Assembly (NCBI RefSeq): GCF_006345805.1
Contig: NC_043022.1
Span: 15,810,001-15,874,000, forward strand
Length of the DNA: 64,000 nt
From: Octopus sinensis
Lineage: Eukaryota
Direction of reading: 5' to 3'
In this document: positions 1-12,847 of the stretch, piece after piece
Numbering within the stretch: position 1 is the first letter of the stretch
Layout of the letters: the number at the start of each line of letters is the position of its first letter
Program-made: the position numbers and the translations under genes
The notes under the pieces: model-generated
The model's database searches: none
The model's input: the letters and a program-made list of their open reading frames with translations, nothing else
What the model was told of the DNA's origin: nothing

Positions 1-92
1 TCGCACTGGGGTCGATGTAATCGACTTAATACCTATGTCTGTTCTTGTTTGTCCCCTCTATGTTTAGCCCCTTGTGGGTAATAAAGAAATAG
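1..92 (+). mobile_element. SINE family B 3' end
   Basis: CACTGGGGTCGATGTAATCGAC...AGCCCCTTGTGGGTAATAAAGAAATAGG. Confidence 0.8.
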
Positions 93-154
93 GTAGTGAA
101 GTGAAAGCACGCTATAAAAATAAAACTACTGAATAATAATAAATAATAATAATA

Positions 155-205
<51 letters not shown>

Positions 206-525
206 GCAGCAACAACAGTAATAGTCAGGATCGATTCACTCGACTAAAATTCTTCGAGGCTGTGCCCCAGCATGGCCACAGTCTGTTGAGTGGAACAAGT
301 AAGAAGGTGAAAGAAAATTATTATCATTATTATTATTATTAGTGGGAAATCGTCAGCAGATGGCAGCACGGTGAAGAAGAGATAAGACAGCAGCGACACC
401 AGATGGATGTTGCCACCGGAAACTCCGCAGCAGGCATAATAAATAAATAAATAAATAATGAGATAAAAAAAAAGAAAGAAAAAGAAATATATTATTATTT
501 ATATAGTCTTTTTAGTATTATATAA

Positions 526-1248
526 GTGTGTGTGTGTGAGTGTGTGTATGAGTGTGTGTATGTGTGGTTGTTTGTGTGTGTGTGTGGCCGTGTGTGGCCG
601 TGTGTGTGTGTGTGTGTGTGTGGCCGTGTGTATGTGAGTGTGTGTATGTGTGGCTGTGTGTGAGTGTATGTGTGGCCGTGTGTGTGTGAGTGTGTGTGTG
701 TGTGTGACCGGGTGTGTGTGAGTGTGTGTATGTGTGACCGTGTGTGTGTGAGTGTGTGTATGTGTGGCCGTGTGTGAGTGCGTGTGTATGTGTGGTCGTT
801 TGTGTGTGAGTGTGTATGTGTGGCCGTGTGTGTGTGCGTGAGTGTATGTGTGTGTGGCCGTGTGTGTGTGAGTGTGTGTATGTGTGGCCGTGTGTGGCCG
901 TGTGAGTGTGTGTATGTGTGGCCGCGTGTGTGAGTGTATGTATGTGTGGCGGTGTGTGTTTGTGTGAGTGTGTGTATGTGTGACCGTGTTTGTGTGTATG
1001 TGTGGTCGTTTGTGTGTGAGTGTGTGTATGTGTGGCCGTGTGTGTGAGTGTGTGTATGTGTGACCGTGTGTGTGTGAGTGTGTGTATGTGTGGTCGTGTG
1101 TGTATGTGTGGCCGTGTGTGTGTATGTGTGTGGCCGTGTGTGTATGTGTGTGGCCGTGTGTGTGTGAGTGTGTGTATGTGTGTGAGTGTGTATGTGTGGC
1201 CGCGTGTGTGTGTGTATGTGTGTGGCCGTGTGTGTGTATGTGTGGCTG
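526..1248. repeat. (GT)n-based compound satellite
   Basis: GTGTATGTGTGGCCGTGT variants. Confidence 0.95.
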
Positions 1249-1589
1249 TTCTTATTCAACAAGAACGTTAACTCCGTCTATCAACAACTTTAGGTTATTT
1301 CCCTTGGACTGGAAAGCGCCCAGTAAAATAAAGATTCATTTTGTCTGGTTAAACGAAGAATTTTGATTTTTTAATTTCCAACCATTTTTTTTGTTTCATA
1401 ATATTTACATTTAGAAATAAATGAGTGAATAATTAGCTAACTTGATTAATTAATAGACGTCCTTGATTTTCTATATTTTAAAGTCTGTTCCAAAGACTGC
1501 AAAACTATATCAATTTACTAACAAAAACATTTTGTTTTTAATGGGAACTGCAGAATTTACGACTAAAGCATTTATATATCTCTCTTTCT

Positions 1590-1973
1590 CTTTTACTCGT
1601 TTCAGTCATTTGACTGCGGCCATGCTGGAGCACCGCCTTTAGTCGAGCAAATCGACCCCGGGACTTATTCTTTTGTAAGCCCAGTACTTATTCTATCGGT
1701 CTGTTTTGCCAAACTGCTAAGTGACGGGGACATAAACACACCAGCATCGGCTGTCAAGCAATGCTAGGGGGACAAACACAGACACACAAACATATATATA
1801 TACATATATACGACGGGCTTCTTTCAGTTTCCGTCTACCAAATCCACTCACAAGGCTTTGGTTGGCCCGAGGATATTGTAGAAGACACTTGCCCAAGGTG
1901 CCACGCAGTGGGACTGAACCCGGAACCATGTGGTTCGTAACTAAGCTACTTACCACACAGCCATTCCTACGCC
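1590..1973 (-). mobile_element. tRNA-derived SINE family A, full length
   Basis: Head with A box TGGCTGTGTGG and B box GGTTCAGTCCC, ACCTTGGGCAAG motif, central (TA/TG)n, tail GGTGCTCCAGCATGGCC. Confidence 0.85.
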
Positions 1974-2195
1974 GGTATAGAATTATATCCATAAAAAAGA
2001 AACGAAAACAATGAAGCTACGAATGTTCTCAACGCAGTTTTCGGCAGCTGTCAGTATTGTTGGTGCGTCGAACAAAATCCTTAGCGGCATTTCATCCGGA
2101 TTTTTGATATTTTGACCACGAATTCGGCCGAGAGCGACTTTGCGGTTTCATATTTTGGGGAGTGGCATCGAGAGTTACTCAAATGCCTGAACTGG

Positions 2196-2720
2196 GCGCC
2201 ACTGCGTGGTGCCAAGGACTCCAAATTTGCCATCAAGATGTAGGACAAGATACTGTGATAGCCTGGGCTTCCGAGGCCCACAGCTCTTTAATATCCTCCC
2301 GAAGAACCTAAGAGACCTGCATGGGGTGGATGCAGATGTCTTTAAAATAAAACTGGATCTCTTCCTGTCAGGTGTCCCAGATGAACCAAGGACTCCAAAT
2401 TTGCCATCAAGATGTAGGACAAGATACTGTGATAGCCTGGGCTTCCGAGGCCCACAGCTCTTCAATATCCTCCCGAAGAACCTAAGAGACCTGTATGGGG
2501 TGGATGCAGATGTCTTTTAAATGAAACTGGATCTCTTCTTGTCAGGTGTCCCTGATGAACCAACTTCACGGCAGGAGGTGCAGATGAGGGCAGCTGCATC
2601 GAACTCTCTCATGCAGCAAATGGCAATTGCTAAAAAGCATTCGTGAAGTAAAATCATGTAGCAACACCAAATGGTGGTGCCCCAGCATGGCCACAGCTTG
2701 TGAGCTGAAACTAGATAAAA
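2196..2720 (+). mobile_element. 3' end of a CR1/L2-type LINE with a 174-bp internal tandem duplication
   Basis: Encodes SLGFRGPQLFNILPKNLR...FKIKLDLFLSGVPDEP, a typical LINE ORF2 C-terminus, twice (2212-2385, 2386-2559). 3' tail GGTGCCCAGCATGGCC...GAAAC then A-rich. Confidence 0.75.
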
Positions 2721-2756
2721 AAATAAAATTTTTAAAAAAAGTAAGTCATAGCTGGG

Positions 2757-3030
2757 ACTCCGTCGGTTACGACGACGAGCGCTCCAGTTTGATCCGATCA
2801 ACGGAACAGCGAACTCATGGAATTAATATACTCCACAGACACATGTAGAAGACACATGTAGCCTTAATGTAGCTCTGAGGGAGAATCAGCGTGACACAGT
2901 GATGAGGATGGCCCCTTTGAATTCCATGTTCGACTCATTTCGGCTAGCTGAATGGACTGGAGTAACGTGGAATAGAGAGCCTTGCTTAAGGACACAACTT
3001 GCAGCTGGGAATCGAACTCCCGGCCTCACT
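2757..3030 (-). mobile_element. tRNA-derived SINE family C (diverged)
   Basis: Tail GTTCCGTTGATCGGATCAA...CGTCGTCGTAACCGACGGAG shared with 13620-13902. Confidence 0.7.
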
Positions 3031-3118
3031 AAGTACCAGTTGAGCAGTGGAATCTAATCGATCCAATCAACTAGCCCCCTCCCCTCAAAACTTCCAGGTT
3101 TTGTTCTGAAAGTAGACA

Positions 3119-3520
3119 GGCGCAGGAGTGGCTGTGTGGTAAGTAGCTTGTTTACCAACCACATGGTTCCGGGTTCAGTCCCACTGCGTGGCACCTTGGG
3201 CAAGTGTCTTCTACTATAGCCTCTGGCCAACCAAAGCCTTGTGAGTGGATTTGGTAGACGGAAACTGAAAGAAGCCCGTCGTATATATGTATATATATAT
3301 GTGTGTGTATGTGTGTTTCTGTATCTGTGTTTGTCCCCCTCGCATTGCTTGACAACCGATGCTGGTGTGTTTATGTCCCCGTTACCTAGCGGTTCGGCAA
3401 AAGAGACCGATAGAATAAGTACTGGGCTTACAAAAGAATAAGTCCCGGGGTCGAGTTGCTCGACTAAAGGCGGTGCTCCAGCATGGCCGCAGTCACATGA
3501 CTGAAACAAGGAAAAGAGAG
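3119..3520 (+). mobile_element. SINE family A, full length
   Basis: Same consensus as 1590-1973. Confidence 0.85.
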
Positions 3521-3759
3521 AGAAAGAGAGAGAATTATTTTTGCAGATTTCTCGACCTCATTTTCGAACCTTCAGACTTCGAAGCCGAGCGGATTAAGTA
3601 TATCTGTCTGTCGCCTGGGTAGGTCACGGCGGGATTTGAACTCAAAACACAGACACCGGGAAGCATTTTTATCCTATGCCCGAACCACTCGGCCAAATCG
3701 CAGTAGACAACCTTAATTTTTGGATACGACGTCGGTTGGATAGACACGGCTGGAGCGCT

Positions 3760-3985
3760 TTTGAATCGAAACCGCGATCCTATGACCGCGAGTCCACTGC
3801 CCTTACCATTGCGCATCCACGATGAAAGAGTACAGCAGGGATCACCACCATCCCCTGCCGGAGCCTCGTGGAGCTTTTAGGTGTTTTCGCTCAATAAACA
3901 CTCACAACGCCCGGTGTGGGAATCGAAACCGCGATCCTACGACCGCGAGTCCGCTGCCCTAACCACTGGGCCATTGCGCCTCCAC
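3760..3985 (-). mobile_element. tRNA-derived SINE family D 5' part
   Basis: GGAGGCGCAATGGCCCAGTGGTTAGGGCAGCGGACTCGCGG...TTCGATTCCC; related to 29622-29915 and 60886-60967. Confidence 0.75.
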
Positions 3986-4149
3986 AACGAACTGCGGTGA
4001 CGACTGCAGCCAAGAATGGGAGAAACGCGGCGAATATTGATTCCCGTATTTTGGTTTTTATTTGTTGTTTCGGTTTTGAGTCGACAGAAGACACATGGCG
4101 GTTCGCTCCGACAATGTCGGTAAGTTTGGCGTGGGGGAGGATTACTGCA

Positions 4150-4248
4150 TCTCTCCATCCATCTCTCATTCTCTCTCTCTCTCTCTCTCCCTATCTATCT
4201 CTATCTCTCCCTCTCTCTATCTCACCCCTCTATCTATCTATCTATCTC

Positions 4249-4314
<66 letters not shown>

Positions 4315-4584
4315 CATCCATCCATCCATCCTCTCTCTCTTTCTCTCTCTCTCCCTCTCTCTCTCTATCTCCCCCTCTCTCTCTATCTATCTATCCATCT
4401 CTCCCTTTCTCTCCCTCCCTCCCTCTCTCTCTATCACTCTCTCCCTCTCTCCCTCTCTCTTTCTCTATCTCTCACCCTCTCTCTCTATCTATCTCTCTGT
4501 CTATCCCTCCCCCTATCTCTCTCTATTTATCTATCTACCTACTAATCTATATAGCTTTTACCAATATATCTATCTATCTGCCTG

Positions 4585-4625
<41 letters not shown>

Positions 4626-5081
4626 CTCTATCTATCTATCTATCTACACTATGACACTTCTGTGATACACGACCCCTATTGATCGGGGTTTTTTTTTACC
4701 ACGATCCCAACACATTACTCTCTCTCACTCCCTGATCCATCACACACACACACACTGTCTCTCTCTCTCAATCTATTTCTCCTTCCATATTTCTCCCTCC
4801 CTCCCTCTCTACCTCCCTCCCGCCTTTCCTCTCTCCCTCTATGCATCATCTCTTTCCCCCTTTCACCCCCCCCCCCGACCAGAACTCCCCCAGCAAGCCA
4901 GCTTCAGCAGGGATCAGTTAACATTCCAAACCTCTCTATTCTATTCATCCCTTAATATTCTGCCAGCCTGCCTGTCTGCCTGTCTGCCTGTCTGTCTGTC
5001 TGTCTGTCCACCTACCGACCTCTGTCTGTCTGTCTGTCGCATTTGCCAGTCTGGCATTCTGCTACTATTTTCTCAGTTCTG

Positions 5082-5126
<45 letters not shown>

Positions 5127-5220
5127 GTCTCTATCTCCCCTCCTCTGTCTTCCAATCTTTCCTTTCTCCTTCCTCCCCCTCCTCTCTCCCCCTCCTCTCT
5201 CTCCTTCCACTCTACTTTCA
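4150..5220. repeat. (CT)n/(CTAT)n/(CTGT)n pyrimidine tracts
   Basis: Direct inspection. Confidence 0.9.
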
Positions 5221-5600
5221 CTTTCGTTATCCACATTTTGTCCCTCCCTCTTACACCGAGTAAAAACATTTCATTGACATCTTCAAGAATTAAAAAGGAA
5301 TATTTTATAAACACACAAGTTTCTTCACGTTTTCCTTCGTTTGTAACGTGTGTCCTTGTCTTTGGCTCTGTGTATGGCCGTCTGTGTGCGTGTGTGTGTG
5401 TGTGCGTGAATGTGTGTGTATGTGAATGTGTGTCTGTGAATGTGTGTGTATGTGAATGTTGTGTGTGTATACATATGTACGTACATATATATATGTACAT
5501 ATATACATATACATGCGCATACTCTACTTTTTTCCTCTTTTACTTGTTTCAGTCATTTGACTGCGGCCATGCTGGAGCACCGCCTTTAGTCGAGCAAATC

Positions 5601-6200
5601 AGCCACTTTGCTCCCATGAGGCCCATCGCTCGAAAGGAACTCAGCCTCTTTGCTTCTGTGGGACCCAGGCCCAATGCTTGAAAGGAATTCAGGCACTTGC
5701 CTCCATGAGACCCATCGCTCGAAAGGAACTCAGCCTCTTTGCTTCTGTGGGACCCAGGCCCAATGCTTGAAAGGAATTCAGGCACTTGCCTCCATGAGAC
5801 CCATCGCTCGAAAGGAACTCAGCCTCTTTGCTTCTGTGGGACCCAGCCCATGCTTGAAAGGATTCAGGCACTTGCCTCCATGAGACCCATCGCTCGAAAG
5901 GAACTCAGCCTCTTTGCTTCTGTTGGGACCCAGGCCCAATGCTTGAAAGGAATTCAGGCACTTGCTCCATGAGACCCATCGCTCGAAAGGAACTCAGCCT
6001 CTCTTGCTTCTGTGGGACCCAGGCCCAATGCTTGAAAGGAATTCAGGCACTTGCCTATCCATGAACCCATCGCTCGAAAGGAACTCAGCCTCTTTGCTTC
6101 TGTGGGACCCAGGCCCAATGCTTGAAAGGAATTCAGGCACTTGCCTCCATGAGACCCATCCCTCGAAAGGAACTCAGCCTCTTTGCCTCTGTGAGGCCCA
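5601..6200. repeat. 89-bp tandem array (dimer of two ~45-bp subunits), ~6.7 units
   Basis: CTCCATGAGACCC recurs at 5701, 5790, ...; the subunits share GCTYGAAAGGAAYTCAG. Confidence 0.9.
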
Positions 6201-6279
6201 ACGGTCAAAGTGGATTTTCTTATGTGCCCCCAGCATAGGTGCACTTGGTTTGACAGGTCCTCAGCTTAAGCTGAGCACA

Positions 6280-6507
6280 TCGCCAAAGGGCTGAGTCACT
6301 GGTCACTGCCCCTGTGACGTTCAAAGTTCGGTGATCCTGCTTCACCACCTCGTCCCATGTCTTTCTGGGTCAACCACTGCCACATGTTCCCTCCATAGTC
6401 AAAGACTGGCACTCCTTCACAGCACTCCTTTACACTTCTGTCTTCGTCCATGTACATCACATGACCATACCAGTATAGTCGCCTCTCTTGCCCACCACAT
6501 CTGATTC
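6280..6507 (-). mobile_element. RTE-clade LINE ORF C-terminus (decayed)
   Basis: Translates to RRLYWYGHV.MDED...PRKTWDEVVK, the RTE C-terminal motif. Confidence 0.75.
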
Positions 6508-6635
6508 ATGCATGTGTGGGTGTTACGTTTGTCCACCCACTACAGCTTGACCATCGGTGGTGGTTTGTTCACGTCCCCATAACTTAGCAGTTCGGCAAAT
6601 GAGAATGATAGAATAAGTACCAGACTTTTTTTTAA

Positions 6636-7025
6636 GGCGCAGGAGTGGCTGTGTGGTAAGTAGCTTGCTTACCAACCACATGGTTCCGGGTTCATTCCCA
6701 CTGCGTGGCACCTTGGGCAAGTGTCTTCTACTATAAGCTCGGGCCGACCAAAATCTTGTGAGTGGATTTGGTAAATGGAAACTGAAAGAAGCCCGTCGTA
6801 TATATGTATATATATGTATGTGTGTATGTTTGTGTATCTGTGTTTGTCCCCCCGCCCAACATCCCTTGACGACCGATGGTGGTGTGTTTACGTCCCCGTA
6901 ACTTAGCGGTTCGGCAAAAAAGAGACCGATAGAATAAGTACTAGGCTTACAAAGAATAAGTCCTGGCGTCGATTTGCTCGACTAAAGGCGGTGCTCCAGC
7001 ATGGCCGCAATCAAATGACTAAAGA
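6636..7025 (+). mobile_element. SINE family A, full length
   Basis: Same consensus; a partial diverged copy precedes it at ~6510-6625. Confidence 0.85.
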
Positions 7026-7359
7026 AAAATAAATGACAATCTGAGGAATTCCAGTCATGACAATCCAGCTAATTTTGTCGTTCGTTCGTTCGTTTTCCAA
7101 TTCATGCTTCTTCGTTTTGTGGTAGAGACCATCGGTGAGATTTGGTTGGTATTTCTAGCATGTTTAGTGACCATGTCTAGCGGTTCCCTTCCTTTCGTTA
7201 GGTCGCTGTCTGCACGGAATAGTTGTCGGCTGTTCATTGATAAAAATAAGTGGCGGGAGGGAGGAAGGGAAGTAAGAGGAACAGCTACGGGAATTCGGTT
7301 GGAATGACAGAACGACATGGGAGAATGTCTGGATGCATGGTTCCATGTTTGAGTCATGG

Positions 7360-8240
7360 AGAGCAGAGGAGCAGAGAGGAAGAAGAGATGAAGCAGAGAA
7401 GAGAGGGAGTGGGTGAGAGCAAAGAGCGGGGGGAAGAAGTGAAACAGAAGCGTGAGAGAGAGAGAGTGAGTGAGTGAAAGAGGAGATAGATAGATAGAGA
7501 GGAGAGAGATGATGGTGAAGGATGAGGAGAGAACAAGAGACGGAGAAAAAGAGAGAGAGTGAGTGAAAGAGGAGATAGATAGATAGATAGAGAGGAGAGA
7601 GGGGAAGGGGAGAGAGATGATAGTGAAGGATGAGGAGAGAACAAGAGACGGAGAAAAGGAGAGAGAGTGAGTGAGTGAAAGAGGAGATAGATAGATAGAG
7701 AGGAGAGAGGGGAGAGAGGTGATGGTGAAGGATGAGGAGAGAAGAGACGAGAAAAGACTAAAGATAAGAATGAGAGGGGGAGAGATGTAGGACAAGGATG
7801 AGGAGAGAACAAGAGACGGAGAAAAAGAGAGAGTGAGTTAAAGAGGAGATAGATAGATAGATAGACAAATAGACAGACAGACAGACAGATAGATAGTTAG
7901 ATAGGAGAGAGAGAGATGATGAAGGAGAGAAGAGATGAGAAAAGACTAAAGATAAGAATGAGAGGGGGAGAGATGTAGGATGAGGAGAGAGAGAGAGAGA
8001 GTGAGAAAGAATGAAATGAAAAGGCATGAGAGAGACAATGAGAAAGAGGAAAGATAAGTGTGAAAGGGAGAAAGAGAGAGAAAAAGAGAGATATACGATG
8101 ATAAGGATGAGTGGTGAGGAAGGAGAGAATAGGATACGGAGAGCGAGATTAAGGAAAAGCATGAGAGAGGGAGTGATGAGGAAGAAAGAGAGGAAGGAAT
8201 AACGTGAGAGGGAGGGAGGGAGAGAGAGGGAGGAGAGGAT
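7360..8240. repeat. GA-rich tract with ~100-120-bp internal duplications
   Basis: GGATGAGGAGAGAACAAGAGACGGAGAAAA recurs. Confidence 0.85.
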
Positions 8241-8447
8241 GTCGTTGGAAGAATCTGTTAAGAAGCCTTTTGTAAAACCGCCGTCGCTCACTCCTCCTCC
8301 TCCTCCTGCTCCTCCATCACAACTACTGCTACTACTGCTACAAGGGAGTCGGTTTCAGTGCGAGCGATTACTTGCTAGAAATAGCAGCCGAATATGCTTT
8401 TTTCTCTTCCTGCCTTCCACATTTACACCCGACACACATCGTCGCCG

Positions 8448-11123
8448 ACACCACCACCACCACCACCACCACCACCACCACCACCCACCACCCCACCACC
8501 GCCACCATCATCACCACCACACCACGCTGGCGGCAACACCACTGCACCACCACCCCATCATAACCACCACCGCCACCACCACACCAAGCACCACCGCAGG
8601 TACCACTACCACCACTGGCCACCCCACCACCATCATCACCACCACCGCCACCACCACAAGCACCACCGCAGGTACCATACCACCACCACCACCACCAACC
8701 ATCATCACCACCACCGCCACCACCACCAAGCACCACCGCAGGGGTCGGTACCACTACCACCACCGCCATCATCACCACCACCACCACCACCACCGCTACC
8801 ACCAACCACTGCCACCACCACCACCACCACCGCCACCTACCACCACCACCACCGCTACTACCACCACTGCACCACCACCACCACCACCGCCACTACCACC
8901 ACCACACCCCGCCCGCTACTACCACCACTGCCACCACAACCACCACCACCGCCACTACCACCACCACCACCGCTACTACCCAACTGCCACCACCACCATC
9001 ATCACCCGCCACTACCACCACCACCACCGATACTTACCACCACTGCCACCACCACCCATCATCACCACCCACCGCCACCCACCACCACCAAGCACCCACG
9101 AAAGCAGGTACCACTACCACCACTGCCATCACCACCACATACCAAAAACCACCACCACCACCCGCCATCATCCACCACCACCACCACCACCACCCGCTAC
9201 TACCACCACTGCCACCACCACCACCACCACCGCCACTACCACCACCACCACCGCTACTACCACAACTGCCACCACCGCCATCATTCCACACCACCACCAC
9301 CGATACTACACCACCACTGCCACCACCCACCACCACCGCCACTACCCACCACCACCACCGCTACTACCACCACTGCCACCACAACCACCAACCACCGCCA
9401 CTACCACCACCACCACCGCTACTACCACCACTGCCACCACCAACCACCACCCACCACAAGCCACTACCACCACCACCACCCGCTACTACCACCACTGCCA
9501 CCACCGCAATCATCACCACCACCACCACCGCTACTACCACCACTGCCACCACACCACCACCACCACCGCCACTACCACCACCACCACCGCTACTACCACC
9601 ACTGCCACCACAACCACCACCACCGCCACACTACCACCACCACCACCGACTAACCACCACTTTTGCCACCACCACCATCATCACCGCCCACTACCACCAC
9701 CACCACCGCTACTACCACCACTGCAACCACCACCCATCATCAACACCACCGCCCCCACCACCAAGCACCACCGCAGGGTACCACTACCACCACTGCCCAT
9801 CACCAACCAACACCAAACCACCACCACCACCGCCATCATCACACCACACCACCACACCACCGCTACTACCACCACTGCCACCACCACCACCACCACCGCC
9901 CACTACCACCACCACCACCGCTACTACCACCACTGCCACCACCGCCATCATCACCACCCACCACCACCGCTACTACCACCACCACCACCACCACCACCAC
10001 CACCGCCACTACCCACCACCAACCACCGCTACTACCACCACTGCCACCACAACCCCACCACCACCGCCACTACCACCACCACCCACCGCTACTACCACCA
10101 CTGCCACCACCACCCACCACCAAGCCACTACCAACCACCACCACCGCTACTACCACCACTGCCACCACCGCCATCATCACCACCACCACCACCGCTACTA
10201 CCACCACTGCCACCACCACCACCACCACCGCCACTACCACCACCACCACCGCTACTACCACCACTGCCACCACAACCACCACCACCGCCACTACCACCAC
10301 CACCACCGCTACTACCACCACTGCCACCACCACCATCATCACCGCCACTACCACCACCACCACCGCTACTACCACCACTGCCACCACCACCATCATCACC
10401 GCCACTACCACCACCACCACCGCTACTACCACCACTGCCACCACCACCATCATCACCACCACCGCCACCACCACCAAGCACCACCGCAGGTACCACTACC
10501 ACCACTGCCATCACCACCAACACCAAAACCACCACCACCACCGCCATCATCACCACCACCACCACCACCACCGCTACTACCACCACTGCCACCACCACCA
10601 CCACCACCGCCACTACCACCACCACCACCGCTACTACCACCACTGCCACCAACCAGCCATTCATCACCACACACACACCACCGCTACTACCACCACTGCC
10701 ACCACCAACCACACCACCGCCACTACCACCCCCCACCACCGCTACTACCACCACTGCCACCACCACCAACCACCACCGCCACTACCCCACCACCACCGCT
10801 ACTACCACCACTGCCACCACCACCATCATCACCGCCACTACCACCACCACCACCGCTACTACCACCACTGCCACCACCACCATCATCACCGCCACTACCA
10901 CCACCACCACCGCTACTACCACCACTGCCACCACCACCATCATCACCGCCACTACCCACACCACCACACCGCTACTACCACCACTGCCACCACCCACCAT
11001 CATCACCGCCACTACCACCACCACCACCGCTACTACCACAACTGCACCACCACCCACCAACCACCCGCCACTACCACCACCACCACCGCTACTACCACCA
11101 CTGCCATCACCACCACCACCACC
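8448..11123. repeat. 2.7-kb (ACC)n-based satellite with higher-order unit
   Basis: ACCGCTACTACCACCACTGCC recurs throughout. Confidence 0.95.
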
Positions 11124-11591
11124 TTCAGCCAGGTTTTTTGTTTTTATTACAGAAGTGGGTCACATTGAACCATGACGTCTAGGCAAGGCGAGATGGTCAC
11201 GGTCCGGTTGCCTTTCATAGATAATGCTCGATCAGCTTTACTACAACATTTTTCTTTTTTTCTTTTTTCTTCTTTTCTTGCAGTTAAATCGTGAATCGAC
11301 TTTTATAATGTCACTCAACTCTGAAGTGTATAACATTATTAGAAGTATTACACATACATCAGATTTCTCATGTAGTATAACGCATATTTCAATGAGTACA
11401 ACTATGTGTGTGTGTGTGGTGTGCTAACGGACGAAACTCTAGGACCTTGAGTCACTCTTTTACTTCTGCTAAATATTAATAAAAATATACATAAACTCAT
11501 ATTTTGAGCTCTATTTTTTCCTGTGTATATTTGCATCAACATACACATACATACATACACACACACCCACATATCTACATATTATAATATA

Positions 11592-11624
<33 letters not shown>

Positions 11625-11826
11625 ATATATATACTCTCTTTTTTTTTTCTCCCTTTTTTTCTGTCCTTGTTTCTCTCCTTGTTTTTCTGTGTACCCTTTC
11701 TATAGAAGAGCGTAGGCTCGAAACGTAAAAATACTTTTCTATTCCTGAGCGTTATTACTAATACATCTGTTTGTTTTTGTACACCACCTGTTTCGTCTTT
11801 TGTTTTTTCGTGGAACTCTCCCTATA

Positions 11827-12342
11827 TCTATTTTATATAAAACTCTAGTTGTGTGAGTGTCCTGTCCCCTTCGATTAGATTCCTAACTCCTCCCACATTT
11901 TGCGGTGCCAGTTTAACCAAATTCGGGTTATTTTAGTCGTGATTCATATCGAGCCCGTCTGGCTATTAGCGGCGCGTCAACGATGAGTCCTACGATTTTA
12001 AAAATATTTAACATCATTTTTTATTCCATTTTAATGCATAAAATGCATCGTGTGTCGATGGCGGCGGAGTTGGCATCCACGCTCACAGCTGCACCTGTTT
12101 GCTCTTCTCCCCCTTCCCTCCCTCGTGAAGCTGTGGGGAAGGGAGTGTAAAGAAATCAACGTCGTAATGCGTAATGCGTTGTGAAGGAAACCGCGTTCTT
12201 TTAGAACAACGACTTCATGGCTTGAAGACACCAAAACAAAAATGGCTAAGAAAGCCCGAATTTATAAGGGAAGTAACTCTCTAAAAATGCTTATATAGTT
12301 ATTTCCCTTACAAACCCGAGCAACGCCAGGCGATACTGCTAG
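11827..12342 (+). mobile_element. Non-autonomous Helitron
   Basis: A|TC 5' end, subterminal CCCGAGCAACGCCAGG hairpin, CTAG|T 3' end. Confidence 0.75.
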
Positions 12343-12847
12343 TATAATATATTTTCAGAATGAGATAAAAAACCAAGGCTGTGAAGATTTTAGAACATTT
12401 ATAAATAGGTCTTACAGCTGTTTCCAGGATATTTCCAGTAATTTCCTCATATATCAGGAAATTACATCTGCATTATTATGGATACATTCATCTTCTCTGT
12501 GAACAAAAATCTTTCCTCATATCACCGGAAATTACACCTGCATTATTATGGATGGATTTACCTTTTCTGAGAAGCTAACAATCTTTTTAAAAACCTTTTA
12601 TAAAACTGTGCATCATTAGAGAACTTTTGAAGTCTGCTTACAATCTAACTTTGCTTTTTATAGAACTCTCTTCGATACTTCATGAGTGTAGCCTCACCCC
12701 CTAGGATGTTTGGAAAACTCATATGTGTTTTGGCTGATGAATACGGGACACTTGTATTTACTGCAATATTTGCAGCTTTAAATAAATCTGTTCTTCGTAT
12801 GAAACAATTGTACTGAACAACTAATCCATTCTTGTTGCTTTTTTCCT

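Noticed and set aside
3054-3509. Recurrent ORFs such as DCGHAGAPPLVEQ and LPKVPRSGTEPGTMW
   Set aside because: Chance frames of SINE family A.
5601-6200. CRISPR-like appearance of regular repeats (also 39938-40300 and the 21-bp arrays)
   Set aside because: No unique spacers, no cas genes, eukaryotic context.
8239-11175. 978-aa Pro/Thr/His ORF
   Set aside because: (ACC)n has no stops in any + frame, and the translation drifts among poly-P, poly-T and poly-H, showing no preserved frame.
11140-11300. Two acceptor-like sites (TTATTACAG, TTTTCTTGCAG)
   Set aside because: No convincing reading frame or donor follows.
12730-12760. CTGATGA followed by a hairpin
   Set aside because: No GAAA after the hairpin.
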